Assembly (NCBI GenBank): GCA_035084275.1
Contig: CM068750.1
Location: 4,526,001 to 4,590,000, forward strand
DNA: 64,000 nt
DNA from: Hydrolagus colliei
Taxonomy: Eukaryota
Direction: 5' to 3'
Part shown: piece after piece, positions 13,572 through 24,002 of the stretch
How positions within the stretch are numbered: the stretch's first letter is position 1
Layout of the letters: every line of letters starts with the position of its first letter
Notes under the pieces: generated by a model
What the model saw: only the letters and a program-made list of their open reading frames with translations
Database searches by the model: none
What the model was told of the DNA's origin: nothing
Translations under genes and position numbers: made by a program

Positions 13572-14345
13572 CCTCTGCCTCTCTCCCTCTCTCCCCGTCC
13601 CTGTCTCCCCCTCTCCCTATCCCTCTCTCCGCCTCTCCCTGTCCCTCTCTCCCCCTCTCCCTGTCCCTCTCTCCCCCTCTCCCTGTCCCTCTCTCCCCCT
13701 CTCCCTCTCTCCCCCTCTCCCCCTCTCCCTCTCTCCCCCTCTCCCCGTCCCCCTCTCCCCCTCTCCCTGTCCCTCTCTCCCCCTCTGCCTCTCTCCCCCT
13801 CTCCCTGTCCCTCTCTCCCTCTCTCCCCCTCTGCCTCTCTCCCTCTCTCCCTCTCTCCCCCTCTGCCTCTCTCCCTCTCTCCCCCTCTGCCTCTCTCCCT
13901 CTCTCCCCCTATGCCTGTCCCTCTCTCCCCCTCTGCCTCTCTCCCTCTCTCCCCCTCTGCCTGTCCCTGTCCTCTCCCTGTCCTCTCCCCTTGTCCCTCC
14001 CTCCCTCTCCCTGTCCCTCTCTCCCTCCCTCTCTCCCCCTCTGCCTCTCTCCCTCTCTCCCCCTCTGCCTGTCCCTCTCTCCCCCTCTGCCTCTCTCCCT
14101 CTCTCCCCCTCTGCCTGTCCCTGTCCTCTCCCTGTCCTCTCCCCTTGTCCCTCCCTCCCTCTCCCTGTCCCTCTCTCCCTCCCTCTCTCCCCCTCTGCCT
14201 CTCTCCCTCTCTCCCCCTCTGCCTCTCTCCCTCTCTCCCCCTCTGCCTCTCTCCCTCTCTCCCCCTCTGCCTCTCCCTGTCCTCTCCCTGTCCTCTCCCC
14301 TCGTCCCTCCCTCCCTCTCCCTGTCCCTCTCTCCCTCCCTCTCTC
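13572..14345. repeat. CT-rich minisatellite/homopyrimidine tract
   Basis: Repeated units such as CTCTCCCCCTCTGCCTCTCTCCCT and CTCTCCCTGTCC, with a recurring longer block (..CCTGTCCTCTCCCTGTCCTCTCCCCTTGTCCCTCCC..) near 13967, 14120 and 14276. The strand is almost free of A. Confidence 0.95.
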
Positions 14346-14639
14346 ACTGAAGCTGCTCTACGCTGCTGTGTGATCAGCAGTCAGACACACACACAACGTG
14401 AGAGAGTTGAGGGTGAGAGGTATTCATTTAAGGTGGTCCTGACAGTAAGATTAAAGAGCTGGAGGTTTTCAGGGCTGCCCAGGAGAGGGATGCTGTACTG
14501 TCCTCAACTGTGAGCTGGCTTTAACATAAACTGCGTCTGCTATTCCTGCCTTAATCTCACAACCAGTTAAAAACATCCCCTTCAACATTACAGCCCACAA
14601 ATCCCCCCCCCCCCCCACCCAGCCAATCCGCCTGGCAGA

Positions 14640-15192
14640 NNNNNNNNNNNNNNNNNNNNNNNNNNNNNNNNNNNNNNNNNNNNNNNNNNNNNNNNNNNNN
14701 NNNNNNNNNNNNNNNNNNNNNNNNNNNNNNNNNNNNNNNNNNNNNNNNNNNNNNNNNNNNNNNNNNNNNNNNNNNNNNNNNNNNNNNNNNNNNNNNNNNN
14801 NNNNNNNNNNNNNNNNNNNNNNNNNNNNNNNNNNNNNNNNNNNNNNNNNNNNNNNNNNNNNNNNNNNNNNNNNNNNNNNNNNNNNNNNNNNNNNNNNNNN
14901 NNNNNNNNNNNNNNNNNNNNNNNNNNNNNNNNNNNNNNNNNNNNNNNNNNNNNNNNNNNNNNNNNNNNNNNNNNNNNNNNNNNNNNNNNNNNNNNNNNNN
15001 NNNNNNNNNNNNNNNNNNNNNNNNNNNNNNNNNNNNNNNNNNNNNNNNNNNNNNNNNNNNNNNNNNNNNNNNNNNNNNNNNNNNNNNNNNNNNNNNNNNN
15101 NNNNNNNNNNNNNNNNNNNNNNNNNNNNNNNNNNNNNNNNNNNNNNNNNNNNNNNNNNNNNNNNNNNNNNNNNNNNNNNNNNNNNNNNNNNN
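14640..15192. other. Assembly gap
   Basis: Run of N. Confidence 1.
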
Positions 15193-15340
15193 TGTGTGTG
15201 TGTGCGTGTGAGAACGTGTGTCTGTCTCTGTGTATGTGTGAGTGTGTCTGTCTGTGTGAAAGAGAGAGTGTGTGTCTGTCTGGCTATGTATGTGTGAGAG
15301 TGTTTCTGTCTGTGTGTGTGTGTGTGAGAGACACAGAGAG
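15193..15340. repeat. Degenerate (TG)n/(GA)n microsatellite
   Basis: Read directly from the sequence. Confidence 0.9.
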
Positions 15341-15654
15341 AGTGGGTGGGTGGGGAGTTTAAAAGGGAATCTACAGGAATCTCTCTCTCCCTCAGCCTCA
15401 GTTGACTCATGCTCACTCAGACAACATGGAATGGTCATTGCTGCCATTTCCATCCGTTGATCTGCGCAGAGCTTGCGATTTAAAACATATATTTATTTCT
15501 AAAAATAACAGTTGGTGTAACAGAAATCCTGAACAAACACAAAGTACAAATGCCTCCCTTGCCATTTTCCATTTTTCCCGCTACCAAACCCCCCCCCCCC
15601 CCCCCCATTCTGTTGTTTCGTGCGCATTTCAATCACAGCTCACACATTTTGTTT

Positions 15655-15949
15655 TGATACATCTTGTCGACGTCTCAAAGCGCTTCACGGCATATACTGT
15701 AAAGTGAATTGAGTGTACATTTGTGGGCCAAACGCGGCAGCCAGTTGCGCACGGCAGAGTCCCCACAAACAGTCGTGAATTGAATTGACCAATTTTATTA
15801 CTGAGTGTTTTTTTTGGAAGGATTATTATTATTATTAGGCGCGTGGAGTAAGGAAACTTGCCCAAGGTTTCGCCCTGACCTTCCTGGATTCGAAACACAG
15901 GTCTCACCCTTGTCAGGCGAGCGCTCTAACCACTGAGCTACAGGAGCTC
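15655..15949 (-). mobile_element. tRNA-derived SINE, near full length (tail truncated)
   Basis: A box TAGCTCAGTGG, B box TTTCGAATCC, and the same body as the other copies. Confidence 0.92.
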
Positions 15950-16159
15950 TCGTGCGACCCATATCCATGCGGGCGCCTGATCGGGTGCACACGGAGTTTG
16001 AATGTTCGCAGCAAAGCAGGCAAAATGAGCAGCTCGGGCACGGACGACATTGAATGGGGTTGAGAACGAGATTTTCATGAAAACTTCATCAACCGGATCG
16101 ATCCACGTGGAGGAGAGAAAGGCAAAAAAATGGACTAAAATGTAGTCACCCTACCCACC

Positions 16160-16310
16160 ACTGTTTGCTGTGCGCAATTGGCTGCCGAGTTTCGGCCACA
16201 AAATTACACAGTTGATTCGCTTTGCAGTACAGTCTAATTCTGTGAAGTGCTTTGAGGTGTTTCAATGAAGTGTTGAGGCATTGTATCTAATGCAAGGATT
16301 ATTATTATAA
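16160..16310 (+). mobile_element. SINE 3' half
   Basis: GCTGTGCGCAATTGGCTGCC...AATGCAAGGATTATTATT. Confidence 0.85.
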
Positions 16311-17074
16311 ACACAATTTTGTGAGTACAGTACACTGATGCGAAAACACAGACACCAGGGTTAGCTTGATACTGTAACTGCTGCAGATCCTATAACAAGG
16401 CAAAGGGCTTTTATTCTACAAAACTCCTAATGCTCTCTTTCTCTCCCAGCAAATAGGAAGGCTTCCTCTCTGCAATCTATTGAAACCCGCTTCCTGGGGG
16501 ATATCTGTGCTTTGGCTGCTATGAGAGGGTGTTTCCTCGAGACGCAAAGAAGTGAATTAAGTTGAGTTATAAAGCTCGTGTTCGTACGTGGCTTAAAAAA
16601 GAGAGGATATTTTTAAACCGATTGAAAGGCACAAGTCGAATCACTCTCCATTTTCTGGTTTTATTGCTTTACAGTCAGTCACTCACAACCTTTGCAATTC
16701 ACGTAATCATTCCCACTTTGCTTCCGAACGCCCGGATTTACCAGCGCGTCAGTCAGCTGGAAGTTTAACACTGGAGATAAATTCTCCAGAGAAGCAAGGA
16801 TTGTGTGTGAGAGTAAAACAGCATTACACACACACACAATGTACTGTACTCAGTATTCACTTGAGTATCTCCTATTTTGTTATTTCGGCACATGTGGGCC
16901 AAAAGAGATTTGAGTTTGATCCGGCCTGGATTCTTCAGGCTTGTTCACATATCAACCAGTGGAATCAATTTCATTTATGTACACATTACTCCAGATGATA
17001 GTTTGTTAAGCATCGTGTGTGTGTTTTTTTTAACTCCCACACACTTGCCCGAAGGAGCTGACTCATGCCGGAAT

Positions 17075-17262
17075 CCACCAACGCCTTCAGAACCCTGGGC
17101 AGATGGTCATTCTGCCTCTGTTGTGAGTGTGTAGACAGCGAATAAGCAATTTAACTGCCAGGAGTAACAAAGCCACAGCCTGATCCTAGCCTTCCCCTCG
17201 ATGTCCACACACATGCACTTTCCAAGGTTTACCAGATAATGAGTAAGAGAAAAGGAACTCTT
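17075..17262 (-). mobile_element. Ancient SINE-like fragment (AmnSINE2/UCON3-like), 3' part
   Basis: Reverse complement GGAAAGTGCATGTGTGTGGACATCG..AGGATCAGGCT.. resembles the recalled consensus and is related to 23150-23330 and 56370-56500. Confidence 0.5.
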
Positions 17263-17377
17263 TCATTTCATTTCATTCCCCTCTGCTGTGTTAAATTTTA
17301 CCCTTTCACCACTCCAACTAAGATCGGTTGATGAATCCGCTCTTGATTTTATATTGATAATATAGTTAATCATATAC

Positions 17378-17678
17378 AATAATAATCCTGGCATTTGATT
17401 TAGCGCTCTTCAGAGCTTCTCGACATCTCAAAGTGCTTTACAGAATACACTGTAAAGTGAATCAACTGTACATATGTGGGTGAAACATGGCAGTCAGTTG
17501 CACATAGCAGTGTCCCACAAACAGTCGTGGATTGAAATGACCAATTTATTTTTGAGGGATTATTATTAGGCGTGTGGAGTAACGAAACTTGCCCAAGGTT
17601 TTGCCCTGCCTGAAATTCAATCCTGGCAGGTCTCTTATTTGTAAGGCGAGTGCACTAATCACTGAGCCTTAGAACTCC
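17378..17678 (-). mobile_element. tRNA-derived SINE, full length
   Basis: Head, body and (ATT)n tail are all alignable by eye to the other copies. Confidence 0.9.
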
Positions 17679-18079
17679 ACAATTGTGCCTCTCACATTAA
17701 AACATTTCAAAGTGCTTATTCATTGGTGATTGCTATCTAGTGGAATTACTTTTTGGTGATGGATTCGTTTTGCTGATGTATTTTAAGTGGTTCTGAATCA
17801 AGGCTCCCTTGGATTGGCTGAAATACTGAGTTTTGTTTTGCACAAGCAACAAAAGAAAGAATTTAACCTTTCACATTCAGGAGGGAATGTGCTGAGAAAC
17901 ATTTTCACATTAGATTCAGTGTGGAACTTCTCCTCGTTTTTGTTTAGTTTAGATAATTCATTTGGTCTTTTGGAGCCTAAACATTTAAAGAACCACTTCC
18001 CGAACGAGCAGGAAACAGGATCTGTCCAATCTGGAAGGCCAAACAGAAATTAATTATTGTATAATTCGAGGAGAACTCA

Positions 18080-18320
18080 GTCATTACACTTTACAGTCAA
18101 ATCCTGTGAAGTGTTTGAGTCATCCTCCTGACGTGAAAGGTGCTGTATAAGATACAAGAATGATTTACTATTCATTTACCATTATGTGGAATTACCTTTA
18201 GTGATGCTCCACCCACAAAACATACAGTCAATACACTTTTACGGTATATTCTGTGAAGCGCTTTGAGACATCTCCAAGACGTGATAAAGTACTGTATCAA
18301 GTGCAAATATTATTACTATT
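18080..18320 (+). mobile_element. Two tandem SINE/L2-type 3' fragments
   Basis: Tails at about 18080-18160 and 18210-18320. Confidence 0.75.
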
Positions 18321-19200
18321 GATAGCACCTGCAGTATTTTTCCTCAATGAAACAGCCACTTGACTAAGATACCACAACGCAGATGGTACTCTCGTCTGAG
18401 TCAGCACCTGCAGGAGAGCTGGGCAGGGAAACAGTAAATTCCAGCCTTAGATTTATAGAGCTGTAAGACAATACCTATGTGAAGGGTGTTGTACACATAG
18501 ATTGTTGTGATGGTTGGTTGTACAAGCAATAAACAGATATTCAGGAGAATGTTTGAGATTTAAATACATTTGTCTAATGCTACACCTGAGGCAAAAATGG
18601 TGAGTGTCAGATGGGGTGCGTTACATTGCTCCTATCTCCTCATTATCAGATTTTCCACCCGACAAGCCACGTATTAATGTAAACTAGATACGTACTACAT
18701 TGGAGGCTTAACATTATAATCGGTTTGTTTTCCCCTGTGACAAATGGAAACCCCCTCCAACCCACGGTAGCAGATTTCGAGTTTGCACAAGGTGCCGGAG
18801 TATAATTACACGTAAGACAATTTGGGCTTAACATTTAATCTCCAACGCAACCATGGAAAATCCTTCAATTCAGTTTATACTTGGAAGCATGTTCCTTTAA
18901 GACCCGTGGAAAATCGGCTTCAAAATTTTAAGCCCGAATTCAAAAACGTTTCACAGTCCTGCGCAACCTTCAATTGTAAGACAAAATGACGGTCTATTCG
19001 GGCTATAAGGTTAGATGGAATTTGAGGCCTCAAACTCTTGAAGATCTTCATTGACGTTCAGTCTCACCTGCGGTGCGGAGACTCCGGCGATAGCTTTTAC
19101 TCGGAGCCTGATACCAGCCCTGGCTCTATTCACGGGCCGGGCAGCGATACGGAGATGAGAAGAGCACTCATGGTTAATCATCTTACAGCAACTGCACAAA

Positions 19201-19214
19201 GTTACCATGGTGAC
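19201..19214. promoter_or_regulatory. RFX X-box
   Basis: GTTACCATGGTGAC (reverse complement GTCACCATGGTAAC), with a CCAAT nearby at about 19237 and a CpG-enriched stretch at 19070-19150. Confidence 0.55.
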
Positions 19215-19444
19215 AAACGCCTACTCAGTTGGTAACCCAATCACACAGAGTGTGCACCTGGAACCTAACTGGAACACTGACCTGACATACCGGTATGTGT
19301 TCCCTCAACTCCATGTCAGAATGCACGTTCGTCTGATTGGAATGGCGTTGAACAATGCGGGAGAGGGAAGAAGGGGTTGGCTTGATTGTGCTTTCCGTAC
19401 GCACCAAAGGCAGTTCATGTGATGGTTCAGGAGGTGGAGAAGAC

Positions 19445-19670
19445 AATAATAATAATAATAAGAATAATAAGAATAATAATCCTTGCATTTGATATAGCGC
19501 TTTTCACATCTTCTAGACGTTCTCAAAGCGCTTCACAGAATATATTGTAAAGTGAATTGACTGTATTTGTGAGCGAAACGCAGCAGCCAATTGTGCTCAG
19601 CCGTGTCCCACAAACAGTCGTGGAATGAAATGTCCAATTTATTATAGGGTTTTTTGTGACGATTATATTA
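19445..19670 (-). mobile_element. SINE 3' two-thirds with a long (TTA)n tail
   Basis: Family body and tail. Confidence 0.9.
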
Positions 19671-21199
19671 TATTATTATATTATAATTATATCATTATAT
19701 TATTCTACAATGCACATAAAAATGACCAAGTGAGAAAACTGAACTGGCTGGATGTCTGTCAAGACTGGAAGAGGATAAAATTCTAGCCCTTTTGCAAACC
19801 GTACATGACTGAAAGGCCTTGATCTAAAAAAGATCACCTGGGTGAAAAAAAGCCATAGGATGCATCCACGGTTCAGTCCTCAGTCAGTGGCTGTGGGAGT
19901 TGGCTCAAACATTGGCCTAAGCTAAGCAAAGAAGCAAAGAGGGTCTCTCTCTCGTGGTTCCGCTGACCATGGAAAGCCACATGTGGGTGGATGGCAGATG
20001 AGTACATGACTGGACTCAGCTGGATACCTACTCCCCTCCTCCCCACACATACACACAAATAACTTGTCTACTTGGTTGTCTAGCACTTCTGGACTTCTGA
20101 TGAAATGGCTGATGCCGAGTTCAAGTCAGCATCTTCGGGGAGACTTGAGGCGATTACACTTGAGAAAAGTAGCTCTTGTGGAAGAAAGAGACCAAAATCA
20201 AGCCAGCCTAAAGACAGTCTCTCCGTTTGTCCCGTAGAACTGAGTGTTTACTGTACGTTTTACAATATAACTCTAGCACCGAAATGAGTGCAACATCCCC
20301 CCAATTATAGTTAACGAGAGGAAATTTCACCCGTGGACATTGACAAGTGAGCAGTATTTGAAGTAGACAGACCTCTGTTCAGAAAAAAATGTCTCTTCTG
20401 GACAGGATCACAGTCAGGCCTCTGTGCTGATCAGATCTAATTGAATAGGAGAGAGTCCAGAGAAACGCTACATATACCGTGTGTGTTGTTTGGGAGGGGA
20501 GCGGGGGAAGAAAGTAGAGAGAGATTCAAAAATGGAAACGTGTACAGTAAAGTGGTAGCTTCAAATTGGAGGCTACAAGTGGTGTGTTAAACTGAATCAC
20601 ATTGTAGAATTTGCAGCGCTGTGAGACCATTTCTGTAGATAATATTATCAGCAGAGAAACAGAATCCGCCAATGGATCCTGCTTCATGCATGTTTAACAG
20701 AGAAGCATTTATTTTCTGCTGAACAGCATCATGTCTTGTTCAGATTATTGTCTCTACAGAGTAGGATTGTTTTACTGCCATATATTTTCCTTCTTTATGT
20801 ATCTGAGGTTAGTTGGCAGTGTGTGTGTGGGTGTGTGTCTTTCCCCCACCCCTCAACCTCCCCATCAACTGATTAAGATTGTAGCTGGTGTTTTATTTCA
20901 GCTAATCTTTTTACATTAGCTCCCTGCTTGTACTGAAGATTAAACACTCAATGCAAAAGGCACCCTGTGAATAGATGAAAGATTTTCCCACAGTCTTCAG
21001 TCAGGTGCGGTATCCCATCGGACAGCTTGTATTACTCTGCGTTAAATGACAGGCTCATGTTCCCAATGGGAATTTTTTTCTTTGCCTTTGCCTTGCTGGA
21101 GATGAGCCAGGTCAGCGGGAGGGAACACAATTTCAAACGCTTGTGCTTCAGATTCTGTGTGTGTGATATTTCACCCATCGTAAGAAAAAGAAGAAAATA

Positions 21200-21335
21200 T
21201 GAATAATCCTTGCATTTGATGCAGCACTTTATCGTGTCATGGAGACACCTCAAAGCGCTCCGCAGGACATATTGTAAAGTGAATTGACCGTGTATTTTGT
21301 GGCCAAACATGGCAGCCAAACAAATTGCGCACAGC
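21200..21335 (-). mobile_element. SINE 3' fragment
   Basis: Family tail and core motifs. Confidence 0.85.
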
Positions 21336-21665
21336 AAATCCTCACTGGTTAAGGGCACAAGAGGTGGCAGCTAGTAAAGTACCAAACAATCTAATGCATT
21401 CGTCTAATGTTACTTTCCACAGTGTTTTTACAATTAGTGGTGAAGGAACACATTTCTGGCTGGTACAATGCATATTTTCCCATGTGGATGAGTTTTCAAT
21501 CTAGCCTGAGGTATCAGAGGAGCAATAAGGGGTTTATCAGTTACTTTGCACAGAGGAAAAATACCTCCTGGCCTATATGATAGTTTAGAACATAATGGGG
21601 TGGTTTCTCAGTCCTTATTGAGGTGTCTGAGATCTGCCGAGCAGCTATAATAATAAGTCACCATC

Positions 21666-21780
21666 ATAATAATAATCCTTACCATTTGATAGAGCTGTTT
21701 ATCACGTCACTGAGACGTCTCAAAACACTTCACAGAATATATTGTAAAGTGGATTGAGTGTATTTTTTGGTGGGTGAAAT
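21666..21780 (-). mobile_element. SINE 3' fragment
   Basis: Family tail motifs. Confidence 0.8.
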
Positions 21781-21860
21781 ATTCCGCGAATCTATGAGAA
21801 GAGAATGTGGATAATGAACGGGGATGGAGGGGGATTCCCGGAATGTAATAAAGCCAGGGG

Positions 21861-21891
<31 letters not shown>

Positions 21892-23154
21892 GGCTGATTA
21901 ATCCTTGAATAATGATTCAGAGAGCTCACATTTTGCCAGAGCCATTGTAACAAGCCGGGAAATAACATCACAGCAAAGTGCCTCCTGCCAAAGTGTGGAA
22001 AACAAAAGGAAGTTCCTCCGTGAATCTGTGCAGGACGACCAACATCATGTGTTCATCTGCAAGAAAGTACATCTGCGTACAGCAATTCCTAGAATGCCAG
22101 CTCCCTGTCTTGCAGTCGGAGCCCAGTGACAGGTTGCTGTGAGAAAACAAGAGTCCCAATGAGTCATTGTGAGAAGCATTAACATGACAGAGAAAGAGAA
22201 CCTGGCAGCAAAATCCCCGCCAGAATAAAGAGCGTTGTGGGGGGAGGTGCTGAGAGGCTCTGTGTTATGGTGAATCACTGTAAGAATACAATCGCGGTGA
22301 GGTCCTGTGGCTTTCTGCATTAGTCACTCGAGTGACCCAGGGAAAAGGTGGCCAAGTCCTTTTTTTTCGCCAACAACTAGCTCCCGATCTCAGCGAAAAA
22401 GGACAGCCAGCCCGGGGCAAACTGAAAAGCCCACGGCAAACTTTGCTTCGCAGTGAATTTTTGTCGGGGCAATCGGATCATCCCGGCGAATCCCTCCAGG
22501 AAGCCAGAGCATTTGCGGCAAATCCCTGTGGGAAAAGGGAACATCCCGGCTCTGACAGGCACCAGCAGCAGCACCACAAATTCCCGCGAGCCAAGATAGC
22601 GTCACAGCAGCTCTGAGTGAAGGGAACGATGATTGGCAGAGTAGCAGGGGGAAAAGAGATTCATGGGTGACGTCTCAAATTCACTGCGGTTTGTACAGGA
22701 ATCAGTGAGAGGCAACGTCAGTGCAGATATTGAAACACCGTGTTGCATTTAGAGTGTGAGGGTGTTTCTCATCCCCAAATATATCGATTAGTGAGTCCGC
22801 ATGCGCACCATTGTGCAGTTTTAGACGCCCTCCTCTCAAAGGTACACTGAAGGATTGGAAAGGGCTTAGGAACATCTGGGAGGAGGGAAAGGCACTGAGC
22901 CCACACAGAGAGAAGGACAAGGTTGGATAGTGTAGCAATAGAGAACGTTTTGGGGGCTCTCCTTGTTTGCAGAATAAAGACCACCCTTTATTGTCTGCCT
23001 AACCTTCTCCCATCCGCCACTCTTGAAGGCCTTAACTGTTTGCTGAGGTACATTCCTATAGATAGACGCCAGTAGGTCAAGATGCCAGCGCCTTGGGATG
23101 TCCTCCCGACGTGAAAGGCGCTATACAAATGGAATTTTGTTGCTGTTGTAGGTC

Positions 23155-23325
23155 AGCAGGCCACTATATTCATGTGTGAAAGCAGACAGTAGCAACAACC
23201 TATTCAACTGTGTGATGATGGAAACATGGCTTGTTGGGGGAGAAAAGGAGGCCACACAGCCAAACCTATTGCAGTTCTTAAATGACGATCAGGAGTAGGA
23301 ACTTGTCTGACTTTCCCTTCTCTAA
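23155..23325 (-). mobile_element. Ancient SINE-like fragment (same old family)
   Basis: Reverse complement contains GTTCCTACTCCTGATCG...GTTGAATAG..ACTGTCTG..TCACACATGAA. Confidence 0.45.
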
Positions 23326-23593
23326 TAGACCGAAAGTTCAACCTGATACATTTCTAGCCATTAATCACGTTGAGTTAAACTTCCTGAGTAGTTGGAACAA
23401 TTGGTTCCATGCTTTTTTATGTTGTTAAATCCATTAGAGAACAGACAGGGGAAAGTGAGTCATCGATCAATAAATCTTGTCTTGCTTTTTTTTAATTTTA
23501 GTTTTCCTTAAACCTGCTGCTCTCAGACATCTCTTGCTGCTTGCCTTGAGCTGTACAAATGGAGTGGAATCACTTAATCAGCTCTTGTTCTGC

Positions 23594-24002
23594 CCTCACG
23601 TTTAAAGCCCTCCACAACCTTGCCCCACCCTACATCCGTGACCTTCTGACCCCCTATCAACCTGCCCGCCCCCTCCCTCTGCTCAGCAGGCTCTGGTCTG
23701 CTGCACGTCCCCCAACCCATCCGCCCCACCATTGGCGGGCGAACCTTCAGCCACTCTGCCCCCAACCTCTGGAACTCCATCCCGCAGTCCCTATGCGTTG
23801 CCCCCTCCCTGGCCTCCTTCAAGTCCCGCCTCAAGACTCTCCTCTTTGATGGTCCCATGGGCAACTCCTAATACCTCCCCCCTTCCCTCCCCACCCCTGT
23901 CCCCAGCTCGAGTCTGACACAGTGACTGTCCAGCGCCTTGGGACGTCCTCCTGATGTGAAAGGTGCTATACAGGTGTAATTTTTGTTGTGGTTGTTGTTG
24001 TT
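23594..24002 (+). mobile_element. 5'-truncated L2 LINE (frameshifted)
   Basis: LTFKALHNLAPPYIRDLLTPYQPARPL..., with a (TTG)n tail. Confidence 0.93.

Noticed and set aside
13139-14513. Long ORFs of 373-447 aa (Pro/Leu/Ser-rich or Gly/Arg/Glu-rich)
   Set aside because: Translations of the CT minisatellite and the N gap; they lack stops only because of base composition.
14469-15416. ORFs of about 300 aa spanning the second gap
   Set aside because: Mostly X from Ns plus microsatellite.
15880-15949. tRNA-like sequences with A and B boxes (also about 2440-2488, 50673-50740, 61730-61792)
   Set aside because: These are SINE heads: there is no acceptor-stem closure and each continues into the SINE body.
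22323-22336. Perfect 14-bp palindrome GTCACTCGAGTGAC
   Set aside because: A few 7-bp-arm palindromes are expected by chance in 64 kb.
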